In this document: in pieces, positions 39,801 to 48,900 of the stretch
Layout: the number at the start of each line of letters is the position of its first letter
Numbering within the stretch: position 1 is the first letter of the stretch
Origin: a virus
Lineage: Duplodnaviria; Caudoviricetes
IMG/VR virus record: IMGVR_UViG_3300005686_000008
Direction: 5' to 3' (one strand)
Length of the DNA stretch: 64,000 nucleotides
Position numbers and translations under genes: made by a program
Notes under the pieces: generated by a model
Told to the model about the DNA's origin: nothing
Databases searched by the model: none
Seen by the model: the letters and a program-made list of their open reading frames with translations, nothing else

Positions 39801-42800
39801 ATACAAATCTCAATGTAAACGAGATTGTTTCGCAATCTTCTGGTAAAACCATTGTTACTAATGTTTTGTCTGGCAGAGCTGATGGAGAACAATATTGGAA
39901 TTCTTCGCCTCATCTTTTGGGTTCTCTTGCTTATGGAGAATCATATTCTATTACGATTTCTGTAAGAATTACAAGGAATATAAGAAACTGGATGGTTTCA
40001 GTATCTCCTTATAAAGATTACTTTACAGATAATTTTGGAGGGGTTCAGTTCCAGAAAGATCCAAGACCATTTGCTCCTATAGTCCCTGCTGTTGCAAGTA
40101 ATGGTCAGCCTTTGTATTATAGTTCAGACGAGGACGCTTCCAATCAAAATCCTGCAAAATGGGGCTGGGCATGGTGGTCTAATAAGATCAAGAACAATTA
40201 CAAGCTCAGCGGTTACGATAGACAGCTTATGTGGAGTTCTTCCGGCTTATATTTCAATGATAATTCGCATAACTACCCGTCAATAGTGTTGACTCCTTTC
40301 TTGGATGATACCGGAACTTATCCTCAATCTATTTCAACAACGCAAAGCGACTCTTGTTATACTTTGTCAGGTGAAAACTGTGTTGCAGGAGAGTTTGTAG
40401 TTAATTCTCAACTTCTAAAAGATACATTTTATATGCTGATTGATGCTATACAAGAAGTTCCGGTCTTTGGCTTCTATCAGGGTTACGGAAGTCTTGTTCA
40501 TCGAGATTGGAATCCAGAGAACAGGGATATTGAGCCAGTTGAAAACATGCAAGATCAGACCGTTGTTACTGATTTTATGGATCAGATTCACTTAATGGCT
40601 TATTATGGAAAAACCAATTGGCTAGGTATTGATTCTTATTCATCCGGTGTTTCTGGAATGCAGAACGCAGTTAGATTGTTTGATTTTATCAATAGCAAAT
40701 ATAACGGTTTGAGGATTATTGCTGAAAAAACTCCAGAAGATATACTTTGTAGAGATACAATATCATTTGTTAGCTCTAAAGATATAAAGGGTCCGCATCT
40801 TTTGGCTGATTATCTTGTTCCTGGGCATGAGCATGCCGCTGTGGTTTATTTTGACAATATGTGGGAAGATTTCCCAACTACAGAATATGGTTCTTCCCAT
40901 ATTCTCAATGTAATGGCAGCGCTAGCAAGACAGGGTTATGTTGTTGGAAGCATGGAGCCTGTAAATATCAAGACAAGCGGAATCTCTACTGAAACATTCA
41001 ATGCAGTAGATAGAAGATATATTTACGCTTCTAAACCATCCTCTGTAACGCAACTTCTTGCTCCTAAGAATGTTCATCATTCTATCATAGACGCAAAATC
41101 AAACATAAACTATCCATCTATTAATGAGCAAAAGATTACTCTTTGGTGGGACGAAAATACAGAGGGAGATTTTAGCCATTATATATTGTATAAAGCGCCA
41201 ATTATAAATGGTCAAATTGATCCAAACGGCCAATATCAGATCAAGGCATACCTTAAGAATCCTTTCTTTGTTGATAATCAAGTGTATCCTGGAGAGACTT
41301 ATTACTATAGGATTGCTTCTGTTGATGTGTATGATAATGTATCCTCTCAAACTTCGTATCAAGTAACCAATATTGCGGATAGTCAGATTCTTAATCCTCC
41401 TGCTACTGTTTCTGCTACAGCTAACTTGACTGAATACAATATTGAAGTTGCTTGGGAGCCTCCGTCTTCTGAATTCCAGCCATTATCATCTCTCAAATCT
41501 CCTCCAAAGGTATTTATACAAGGAGGAATGGATTCTGTTGGAGCATTGTCTTCTCCTCTGTTTGATTTACCATTTGTTTATCTGTATGTTAATGGGGTTA
41601 TTTCTTGGTATGATGGCGATTCAAGAACAATGGCTCAAAGAGCTACTGATGCATTCAATAGGGTGGTTAGCATTAGAAATATGTGGCTTGCCACAACTGG
41701 AAGAGGAAGAACTGCTGAAAACTTTAGATGGGCATTCTGGCCTCAAGGTTTTGGTTATGGATGGGGAGATGTGTCAACAAGACCATTCTTTTACGAGTCT
41801 GATAGGCTGTCGAATGGAAAGTATTCTTTATTCCTAGAAAACTGCATAGCAGATACAAGACCAAGGATGCAGGAGTTCTTCAACACTTTTGCAAGTCTGT
41901 GTAGCGCTGCTGGAATCCCGGATCCTGTATATGTAGATCCAAGTTATCAAAATGGAATGTCAATAGCAGGAGGCCTAACAGGAGACACTTATTCAGAACA
42001 TGCTCAGTGGCATAGCTGGATTATGTCAGATCCTAGGTCAACATCTGTTTTGTTCAATGGCGTAGAAAGCTATGCAAGTTATGCTGCAAGAGCTACGGAT
42101 ATTTACGGAAACTCTATTCCTGCAAACGAATTGTATGCCAATCCTTCTAGTTTGGATACCACTTCTGCGGCTAGAACATGCGCTTATGTTGTTCCGAAGA
42201 TGGCGGCTGCTGATTATGGTCTTTGGAAAATGATATATGAACCAGCAAAAGACGTATGGCCTAGCGTTCTGACTGGAAACTTCTCGTATCACGGAGCGAC
42301 TACGACGTATATGGGAGGCGGATATAGGTTCAAAGAAAGCGCTGTTGGTTTTGGTTCTAATATGTTTGCCGACGTTCAAGTTCCTGTCAATTTTGGTTCT
42401 TATCTATATGATGAATATTCTCTTGCAACCAATTTACTTACGGATAGCTATTTGACAAATATAGCCATTTTGAATCTTGACATTGACAAAATAAAAGACC
42501 AAAGCGAGCTATTCAAGGCTATGAGAATTGCGCAGTCCTCATATGATATTCAGGGATGTTTTGCATCGAATCCGAATAAGGAAGTTGCTTTGTGGTTGCA
42601 ATATAATGACTATAATCCGTCTATATATAACAACATATATGATAGGTCTGGCGATAGATATCCGGATGGTTACGGGTTCAAGGCTGTTGGGTTAGATGAC
42701 AGAGAAACAAGCATGAATATGTATAGAATGCTTATTAGAACAGATTGCAATATGGTTGGGTATTATTGCGGTCAAACAATGCAGGTTTCCGATAGAAAAG

Positions 42801-42868
42801 CATTACACACCTATGACACTCTATATGAAATTCTTTCTAATCTAGGAGAAGCCGGTTACGTTATGTAA
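32549..42868 (+). CDS. Giant (3439 aa) putative virion-associated multi-glycosidase/adhesin
   Basis: Three tandem glycoside-hydrolase-like units, PKD (VPFTVHVDAS..FEWDFGD), right-handed beta-helix region, further enzyme-like domains and FN3. Confidence 0.65.
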   Translation: MSFKFFASLDFTGEPTVTQFRFVYGMGVMKVCPSPISDYSTLTINDDLINYYVDLAISQGWEAIAWNEDNLRFYIWNEAMSEADKDSALDCLVEIYNRSKDRATAGGRPDLKIGWYDIPGGYPDLYNVILSYNKDSEDSVNVKAYQKWLNWITRLSQRYEGGLFVSSPFNDCCDFVAPNLQPFYGNDQTYIDDWKIFATTVLGNMIDVSKDDPLYAFCSFTFSPTTVYAGVQVSGTNMSQMVETIRGYADGFIINGGLAANRTYSNWFWRPSGATEANDLSLWKTVSSGAFSMTVANVKLKIQGVNTSSAVSMTQVASILQTAIQSKISSGPNPSFDGVYPYPLGTVTVTWSSAQKGFLFNMTTNGASTPMPANLSRSLFTIESKSVWGSTVSGVDLASDQFLGVATVNGNDKPGTEQWVYGGTEISNEWELYARDEDWWGVLSESSSEIIESDEFKYFISCSITEQPTPTSFEDDYGISFMQTGGCTPWTESIGQAATTLLTSTLTLSNANIDAAISSYLSPSLGVNQKKFFAFDLEGYGIYLDPTQYSDTVVDNMLDSFINAFVRMKERLALQGIYDVKIGIYANPCFKSYYAPALYFYGKGNTSQYNTDYNTWVSKFRRMNLRKSGDTYITKAFNDYLDFVTCDIYPIFGEEDPLDDSFFKENLTQAVRYISGDKPLYPFLNPAFHPSSPWSSKPVSGDYMKKMMTWVKRIADGAILWITSSPSYRSQRQRHFMTSSGGPPAVPTKTLADWQGITNGCFSYFVIGYYRDIENVDFSVATSIGGAESTSVVNIIEAAINADLYYINNFISQSVTYPSLSISRPYEVGSVFVEYNSNSSNNSPTALSQVPCFEFSYIDPAIVSPPDQSSYTGREFIYCYSYSDTLPGGGTNIGTVDWIGTYTYTYQEYDSNVYSGQDADPDEWNNGWVVDNDWWHAFSSMAVANKYSQERTLTFADNMGVYTGSSVTGMVSSWSGKPAPYVLKNSDYVDRVHLVYTSSTAGWSQFTDSLITTNLQNCINQKATYFVWDIEGDYCNVISSNNNGYQYGVSEATVDYNLDQFKSIYNRTKAIAASLGHPEIQVGFYGSPFTANTFYGARYWADPASYAGWETASLQFRDGLIRINQRLSSGTTYDDPFLDYNDFLAPSFYPQSGNTKHASSEKGERDAIQGFMMKAIEILGHSKRYLPFFMPTFFEQGGLNPLTGWAQKNYNMQMLCSIAVEYGCDGGIMWSGSWPSNVASDQTFTPTVVKTLANWQAITDGCFIIAVEGFPVKVTGLNFSAATSIGGAESTSVANIIEAGMNAKIATITITDEPWASPYATPPKSPRHIGDVTVAWDGTKFVMNSDKGLLKSPPGWVSPPDFEKSYWVTAAWSTWGAGALPGTDIGVPQWIGNHNVWTSLTFTRTDLVDEFGRWVEDSGWWASYSSFALGSLGNNITNRVVPTINLVTSSSGDVPFTVHVDASNSLFNGVNPQDCIFEWDFGDNFPTSDSKARGYVSDPRNDNDVNAIGTPHKKTSLSAKQRGINASYTYWHDNSGTPFLISLKIWYNGVVSDTVYYSVTASDPVTVAYPTNDLTKWVTLTVAPNDSVLPPVDSFATINAAMAWIDANRPDGEVIIELLTEYTATCSNFLLTSKLTINKPNIIIYGSRTYTESNAIIAADNSSFNRASPTPLVEIGAAAYNVHFYDVQFGASEDISGDGLAGQGSDNTSNLIGCSVLSPSSASDIIKNVVFTNCQFRNLYQATNSSHFVSGIYFNQCQTSTTKIKSHDLMGYNIVMNGCLFGTLSGIADDALSFAVRTPTDSPINFGSTLGSSEKFSMNFCNVCHNAYLHGDSITSSGPFKITNARFVSIYGNYLYDGSSVVDDSFSVRIHANEIYAGGTKSSLVITAPSSDITIANNVLFPRSYTTANTRCNSGILEFDGSYGLVNNIKIINNTAIAKFNTNYAKAFWNLSRPNNVDISDLEFVNNLAVEEPTQCISSWVMVDSDVSAYIVRFENNLWPQRIGQMNFAIVTGQDITWSDWDAAAYETNSSQIDILSHDLNFIYKYKLWSSTYPNIATSSVLHSAVSKDYNDNTRDTYSSGVGATKPDFAPVYQIPTLSVTSSITTRTRTVDGLWTPPAGSQTGFVTLVDSSETTVNGSYTSVPKPIISSINGAVGFINMDPTTLDSYTSRAFRVKYSPDYQEQQGYTDNVKSIYFGIIKDTSDSNFIKMMCRIVKTDDSVHVLKEKLSNHLTITSLFNELTNFQDGIGVVGVQFDLMGCGYLSPSKIEMLDADNDTDLVITSSKFDILNSWLVYNFDSTQIDIGNFIKTTVSVDAQSDGYDVTITYLNDGPVPDNTDNLPGDVRQRLGGISIDGILAGVRSCYVDQQEGSTLVEYDTWFKNYAGSTLSYPFDRFSPTTILVGESYCVGISVLEDFANTNLNVNEIVSQSSGKTIVTNVLSGRADGEQYWNSSPHLLGSLAYGESYSITISVRITRNIRNWMVSVSPYKDYFTDNFGGVQFQKDPRPFAPIVPAVASNGQPLYYSSDEDASNQNPAKWGWAWWSNKIKNNYKLSGYDRQLMWSSSGLYFNDNSHNYPSIVLTPFLDDTGTYPQSISTTQSDSCYTLSGENCVAGEFVVNSQLLKDTFYMLIDAIQEVPVFGFYQGYGSLVHRDWNPENRDIEPVENMQDQTVVTDFMDQIHLMAYYGKTNWLGIDSYSSGVSGMQNAVRLFDFINSKYNGLRIIAEKTPEDILCRDTISFVSSKDIKGPHLLADYLVPGHEHAAVVYFDNMWEDFPTTEYGSSHILNVMAALARQGYVVGSMEPVNIKTSGISTETFNAVDRRYIYASKPSSVTQLLAPKNVHHSIIDAKSNINYPSINEQKITLWWDENTEGDFSHYILYKAPIINGQIDPNGQYQIKAYLKNPFFVDNQVYPGETYYYRIASVDVYDNVSSQTSYQVTNIADSQILNPPATVSATANLTEYNIEVAWEPPSSEFQPLSSLKSPPKVFIQGGMDSVGALSSPLFDLPFVYLYVNGVISWYDGDSRTMAQRATDAFNRVVSIRNMWLATTGRGRTAENFRWAFWPQGFGYGWGDVSTRPFFYESDRLSNGKYSLFLENCIADTRPRMQEFFNTFASLCSAAGIPDPVYVDPSYQNGMSIAGGLTGDTYSEHAQWHSWIMSDPRSTSVLFNGVESYASYAARATDIYGNSIPANELYANPSSLDTTSAARTCAYVVPKMAAADYGLWKMIYEPAKDVWPSVLTGNFSYHGATTTYMGGGYRFKESAVGFGSNMFADVQVPVNFGSYLYDEYSLATNLLTDSYLTNIAILNLDIDKIKDQSELFKAMRIAQSSYDIQGCFASNPNKEVALWLQYNDYNPSIYNNIYDRSGDRYPDGYGFKAVGLDDRETSMNMYRMLIRTDCNMVGYYCGQTMQVSDRKALHTYDTLYEILSNLGEAGYVM

Positions 42869-42877
42869 GGAGAAAAT

Positions 42878-44905
42878 ATGGCGATACCTTCAGATTTTGC
42901 ATACTATGAAATTTACAGAGCAATAGAAATTAATGGAACATATTCATTAATTGGAACATCTACAACTACAAACTTTGTTGATGAAACAGCGGAACTTGGC
43001 AATACATATTGCTATAAAATCGTAACAGTTGATTTGTTTGGAAACAGGTCAGAATACAGCCCTGTAAGTTGTGTTTTTTTTTCGATACAGGGACCAACCC
43101 CGGAGGAGGGGAGCCAACAGACAATTGCGAATCCTACAGCAATACTTTCAAAGGACAATATCGTTTGCGTATACAGAGAGGGAGACGCAGACAGCCTCGC
43201 TTCCGCATTAAGATACAAAGAAATATACAGCCTCGATGACGATCAACTTATATCTGTTCCGTGTTCCAATATTGAAATACTGTCTGATTATATTTCTTTT
43301 CAAACGGAAGTTGAAATACCGTTGAGAAGCGCTTTGGTTTCAGAGCCTGTTAAGAACAGAAGCGTGTATGCTATTATTCTAATGCCATATGTTCCCGGAG
43401 GATTTAGAGACGGCAGCGATACTATTTCGTCAACTTCCAGGCTTGCCAGGATTTTCCATTCGTTTGTAAAGAACGAAATCAATCCTCTTTATAATAGACA
43501 GGTGTTTAGAAGGTATGATGGTCTTGATGCTTTTCAGTCTCTTATTTGTACCAGAATAGATGGTCCAAATCTTATATCTCAAGCATGGTTGGATAATATT
43601 GAAATAGCAAAAGGAAGATTACAGGTTGGAGGTAATTTCTATCTTGATTCATATTCTGCATATTCTTTTTCTGGAGCTTCTGATTATACATCTCAGATGG
43701 TTGATTTTTCCAATAATTATGTTGATAGGCTTGGTATGACTGTTCAAAGAACATCTCAAGTATCTCTTTCTAGAGATCCGTTCTTTTCTAGCGTAGAAGA
43801 TGATTCATTTTTCTGGGGATGGGGAGCTGATAGGGGTTCTCTGTCTTATTTCAAATCAACGGCAGAAATTAGGGCGTTCTTTTACAATGCAGATTTTATT
43901 GGCGGAATAACGATGAGAGACCTTGATGCTAATACTTGGCCTATATTAGCTATTAGAGAGGGTTATATTTCTTCTGCCGGTTGCATGTCAGGTGATAGCG
44001 CTGCTGTTTTCTTGAGGCCTGTTCCTTTTATGGATGCTCTTTTTAGAGGAGCAACAATGGGAGAGGCTATGATTTATTCGCAACCATTGCTTAACTCGCC
44101 AATGGCTGTTTTTGGAGATCCGCTATCTAGCTTTGTTTTCCCCATCCCGTTTAGTGAATCAACTCTTATTGAGCCAAATAAGGCATGGCAAGATGCAGAA
44201 AACTGTCTTGCCGAGTCTGTTGCTTGTATATACAGGAAAACCAAGGTTTTAGAAGAACTTAGAAGATATGTCGCTAGCGGCTCTGATGAAGTTGTTCAAG
44301 AGGAGCTTATATATGCTTTTGACCAACTTTCTGGAGAGTTTGACGATTATTCTTGGAGGAATGATTTTGTTAATCTAACAGGAAGTATGATTAATTTTGT
44401 TGTTGATAGGAATGCCACTAATTTTGATTTTGCGTATCCGAATTTGAATCAATATTTGACTCATTCTGGCAATAAGATGGCTAGTATTGTTTTGGAAACA
44501 CTACAAGATCCGGAACTTGTTAGTTCTATATCTCCTTCTAATATTGAAACGGTAGGTTCTTGGAATTTCTATGCTAATATAGAACATTATCCCGGCGATT
44601 TCAGGTTCTATCATTTTGAAATGCAGATTGCAAGAGAGTATGAAGATTTTGAAAGAGGTCTAATCTTGCTTTCAAAGGACACCTTTTTAGATGTTACGAA
44701 TTGGTATTTTGAAGATTATAATGGGGATTTTCAACAGTTTAATAGTAATGGAATAACTAGTAACTACGAGAATAGATTGGTTAAATATGTAAATAAAGAC
44801 GACGAATTGTTAGAGAGGGCGACTTTCTATTGGTTTAGAGTTAGGCAAAAAGACGATTTGCAAGAGTTTTCTTGGAGATATTCTCGCATTCTAGTTTACT
44901 TGTAA
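42878..44905 (+). CDS. TIGR03790-like protein with N-terminal partial FN3
   Basis: VCVY..DSLASALRY, NPLY, CTRIDGP, RGATMGEAM..SQP.L..AVFGDPL. Confidence 0.65.
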   Translation: MAIPSDFAYYEIYRAIEINGTYSLIGTSTTTNFVDETAELGNTYCYKIVTVDLFGNRSEYSPVSCVFFSIQGPTPEEGSQQTIANPTAILSKDNIVCVYREGDADSLASALRYKEIYSLDDDQLISVPCSNIEILSDYISFQTEVEIPLRSALVSEPVKNRSVYAIILMPYVPGGFRDGSDTISSTSRLARIFHSFVKNEINPLYNRQVFRRYDGLDAFQSLICTRIDGPNLISQAWLDNIEIAKGRLQVGGNFYLDSYSAYSFSGASDYTSQMVDFSNNYVDRLGMTVQRTSQVSLSRDPFFSSVEDDSFFWGWGADRGSLSYFKSTAEIRAFFYNADFIGGITMRDLDANTWPILAIREGYISSAGCMSGDSAAVFLRPVPFMDALFRGATMGEAMIYSQPLLNSPMAVFGDPLSSFVFPIPFSESTLIEPNKAWQDAENCLAESVACIYRKTKVLEELRRYVASGSDEVVQEELIYAFDQLSGEFDDYSWRNDFVNLTGSMINFVVDRNATNFDFAYPNLNQYLTHSGNKMASIVLETLQDPELVSSISPSNIETVGSWNFYANIEHYPGDFRFYHFEMQIAREYEDFERGLILLSKDTFLDVTNWYFEDYNGDFQQFNSNGITSNYENRLVKYVNKDDELLERATFYWFRVRQKDDLQEFSWRYSRILVYL

Positions 44906-44915
44906 AGAGATAATT

Positions 44916-45422
44916 ATGTCAGACTTAGTACGAGGTCCAAATCCTGATGATGGTCATAGAATAGGAACCTATGATTATCGAGTTATAACGGAAAAGATAT
45001 CCGAAGCATATGAATTGGGTAATGAAGCCCTGTCGCCTCTTATCTGTATGTGGAATAATATACAGAATGCAGATGTTAATGAAAGACAAAGGCATAAAAC
45101 TGAACTTCAGAGCTATTTGAGAAGAACATATGCTCACATAATATTCAAGCATTTGGATAATCCGCAAGCCGTTTATAACGCTATTAGGGCTTTAAATACC
45201 CATGTTCTTGATAAATACGGAGAAGCATACGGGTATGAGGATCTTGATTCTTTTTTGATAGACCAGTTTTTGTCTGTTCCATTAACATATGCCATTCTTT
45301 CCGAGAATGCTGGATATACGATAACAATGGTAGGAGATTCTAAGGCTAGATGGTCTGATATCAATATTCCTTGGAAGGATATAACTCTTCCGATGAATAA
45401 GATAGGATGGGAGAATCTATAA
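44916..45422 (+). CDS. Hypothetical protein
   Basis: Operonic ORF. Confidence 0.7.
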   Translation: MSDLVRGPNPDDGHRIGTYDYRVITEKISEAYELGNEALSPLICMWNNIQNADVNERQRHKTELQSYLRRTYAHIIFKHLDNPQAVYNAIRALNTHVLDKYGEAYGYEDLDSFLIDQFLSVPLTYAILSENAGYTITMVGDSKARWSDINIPWKDITLPMNKIGWENL

Positions 45423-45435
45423 TGAAGGGGATGTT

Positions 45436-45966
45436 ATGAGTTCATCTATTGGCGATAAAACACCTGCTCAGTCTTACAAGGATTTGTTGCATCTTAATAA
45501 TGACAACGGAGGCTTGCTGTCTGATCTTTCTACAGTTTATAGCGGAAACGGCATTGCCACTCCGCTAAGGTTAGCCGCAGAAAAAATAGAAGCAGATTTT
45601 GGTAAAGGAACTCTTTCTTCTGCCGTTTTTGATTCGTGCCATTTTAGATATAATGCCATAGGAGAGGTAGAAGATACTTATCAGATAAGCACGACTGGCG
45701 GAAACTATCAAAAGATAATACTAACAGAGAATCTAACTCTTACATTCCTTCACGACTCTGAAGAAGATCAAGCTTTTGAACTAACATTGTTAGTTGAACA
45801 GTCATCTGGAGGTCACACTATAACGTTGCCTGTAACAGTTAAAACTCCGGGACAGTCATCTATATCACTTTCTGCAACCGCCGGCGCTGTTGACATTTTG
45901 AAAATCATAACCCTCAATGCTGGAGAGACATGGTTTGCGTATAAGGTCGCATCAGATCTAAGGTAA
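45436..45966 (+). CDS. Putative tail/fibre-associated beta-rich protein
   Basis: LTLLVEQ.SGGHTITLP...LSATAGAVDIL...GETW pattern common in phage tail proteins. Confidence 0.5.
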   Translation: MSSSIGDKTPAQSYKDLLHLNNDNGGLLSDLSTVYSGNGIATPLRLAAEKIEADFGKGTLSSAVFDSCHFRYNAIGEVEDTYQISTTGGNYQKIILTENLTLTFLHDSEEDQAFELTLLVEQSSGGHTITLPVTVKTPGQSSISLSATAGAVDILKIITLNAGETWFAYKVASDLR

Positions 45967-45970
45967 ATGA

Positions 45971-48900
45971 ATGGCTAAAGAAAAACAAAACAACAAACCT
46001 AACAGGCCAAGCGAAACTGTTGATCTTTTCAAAGAGCTTAGAAATAAGATCAAAGAAGACGTTATTGCTTCTTCTAGGATTCCAAGTATAATAGAGTTTG
46101 TGTATGATAAAAAGTACCTTGGTCTTCCTTTTCAGAATCCAGCGGTTATTCCATATGATATACAAGAGTTGATACTTAAGTGTTTCTATAGGGGAAGTCC
46201 GGGAAATGAAAATCTAGAACTAACACAGAAAGACTTGGACATTATAGCAAAGAACGATCTCAACAATCCTCTTAATGGAGCCTTGTTGGATAAATGGAAT
46301 TCAATGGAAAGATTCATTGAACTCGTTCTTGTTTGGGGTCGTCGTTGTCTTTCGGAAAATTGCGAAATAGTTGACCCCAAAACAGGTAAATTATGGACGC
46401 TAGGCGAACTATGGAACTATGGAAAAACAGACTTAGAATCATGGACATTCAATGAAGAAACTTCGTTAATGAATATAATTGGTGACTGCAATCTTGTTTA
46501 TCAGGGCGCTAGAGAGGTTTATAAGGTTCAAACGCTTTCGGGCCATGAGATAGAAGCAACAGATAATCATCCTTTCCTAACAGAAGAAGGTTGGAAACAA
46601 CTAAAAGAATTGAAGCCAAAAGACAAGGTAGCTCTTGTTTCTTCTCAGCCATTTTTCGGTAACTCTACGGAAATATCAGAAGATGAAGGAGCTATACTTG
46701 GCTATGTAAGTAGTAATTCGTGCGATTCTGTCGGATGTTATATTGCTACAACATTGCCAGATGGAGATGTTTTCTTAGACTTTAAGAGCAAAATGCTTTC
46801 TCTTTCTTCGAATTCAAAAATAGAAAGCGCTATGGATCATTCTATCAAAACATTTGATGATAGAAAATACAGTCATGTGTATGCTCAAAAAGCAGTTAAG
46901 CCGCCAGAATCTAATCTGATTACATTCATATACAATAATGGAATAAAGAATAAGTCTGGTGAACAAAAGTTTGTTCCGCATCGCATTTTTGTCGCCCCAA
47001 AGAATGTTGTTGCAGCGTATTTGAGGTCTCTTTTTAGTTGCAATGCGGTATTGCATATTTCAAAATTATCAAGATTTACTTGTAAAATAGAAGCATCATT
47101 TCAAAGTATTAGCCTTACAAAACAAGTGCAACACTTGTTGTCTAGGTTTGGTATTTTTTCTTCTTTTCAATCTAAGTTAGTAAATAACAAGTTAGAGCAT
47201 ATTTTGACTATCAACAAGAACGCTTGTGTAAAACTGTTCTTAGAAGAGATTGGACTAATAGGTTATAATGACGAAATCAAAGATGTTATACAAAGCGTTG
47301 ACGGTAAAGATTCTTCGGTTCGAGTTTTTTCTCCAATAGTGTCTATCAAAAAGATAGGAACAAGAAGAACATTTGATATTCAGGTATCTGATAAGCCGTC
47401 TTTGCAGAATTTTGTTTCTAATGGTTTCATCTGTCATAATAGCGGTAAGGACTTCATAACATCAATTGTTGCTCTTTATGAAGCAATGAGACTGCTAGAA
47501 TGTCCTGGCGGAAACCCATATCAGATGTATAACCTTGGTATGGCCGTTCCATTTACTATTCTAACAATAGCAAACTCTTCAAGACAGGCTAAGATTCTAT
47601 TCAGAGAAATCAAAGAAAAGGTTCTCAACAGCGAATATTTCGCGGACAAGATAATTCCAGAAGGCATAACGGCAGATGCTATTCATTTCCTTACTCCAGA
47701 AGATAAGAAAAGAAATGAAGAACTTATCTCTAAGGGTTTTGCTCCTAATCCCGGGTCAATAGTAGTTATGTCAGGACATAGTAATTCTGATACTCTTGTA
47801 GGTATTTCTTGTTACGTTCTTCTGTTGGACGAAATCGGTTTGTATAAGAATACCGCAGGTTCTTCTTCTGGTGATGCTATTTTCAACTCTCTTGCTCCCG
47901 CAGTAAAGACCTATGTTAGAGAATTGCCTAAGAAAGATAAGGCTGGCAATATCATTATTGGTCAAGATGGAAAGCCAGAGACAGAGAAAGTTTATGATGG
48001 TAAGATTATCTGTCTTTCTACTCCAAGAGGTAAAGAGGGTGTATTCTTTGATTTATACAATACGCATATGGAGACGGCCCATAGGCTTGTTTGTAAGGCT
48101 GCAACTTGGCAAGTAAACCCAATGCAGTCCAAAGAAGGATTGATGGCGGCTTTCCCGGACATGCCAGAAGACAAGTTTAGGATGGAGTTTGGAGCGGAGT
48201 TTTCTGGTACTGCTGGTGAGAACTTCTTCCCAGAAGAGGTTGTAGACCAATGTTTTGCTGAAAAAACCTTGAAGTTTAGAGATCATGGGTCTCCGGGTAT
48301 TTTCTATTATGCCCATTTAGATCCTGCATCTTCTAGTCACAACTACGCTCTTGTTGTTGCTCATAAAGAGGTTTTCTTCAATCCAGAAACGATGAAAAAG
48401 GATTGGAGAATAGTAGTTGATCATATCAAATATTGGACTCCGATGCCAGGTAAGCCTCTTTCTGTAGAAGAGATTGATGAATATGTTGCCGAACTGAATT
48501 CTAGATTCTGTTTTGGAGTTGTTACCTATGACCATTTTAATAGTCAGGTAAGCATTAATAAACTAAGAAAGAGAGGAGTTCCAACAAAGATGACTCCGTT
48601 CTCTAAACAATATAAGAACATCATATATGATAACTTGTATCAAATAGCCGTTCAGGGTAAACTCTATATTCCAAATCATTTGCTTCTTAAGAATGAAATG
48701 AAGAATTTGCAGAGGAAATGGCTTGACGCAGGCTATAAAGTATACCCTAAAAAGGATGGAGATGTAACAACAGATGACATTTGTGATGCTCTTGCAGGAG
48801 CGTGTTACAATTGTGTAGAAAAAGATATTAGTAAACTTCCGCAAGGAAAATTGGTCTCACTTCCCGTACAGGGTAATAATGATATAGTATGGAGATCTAT

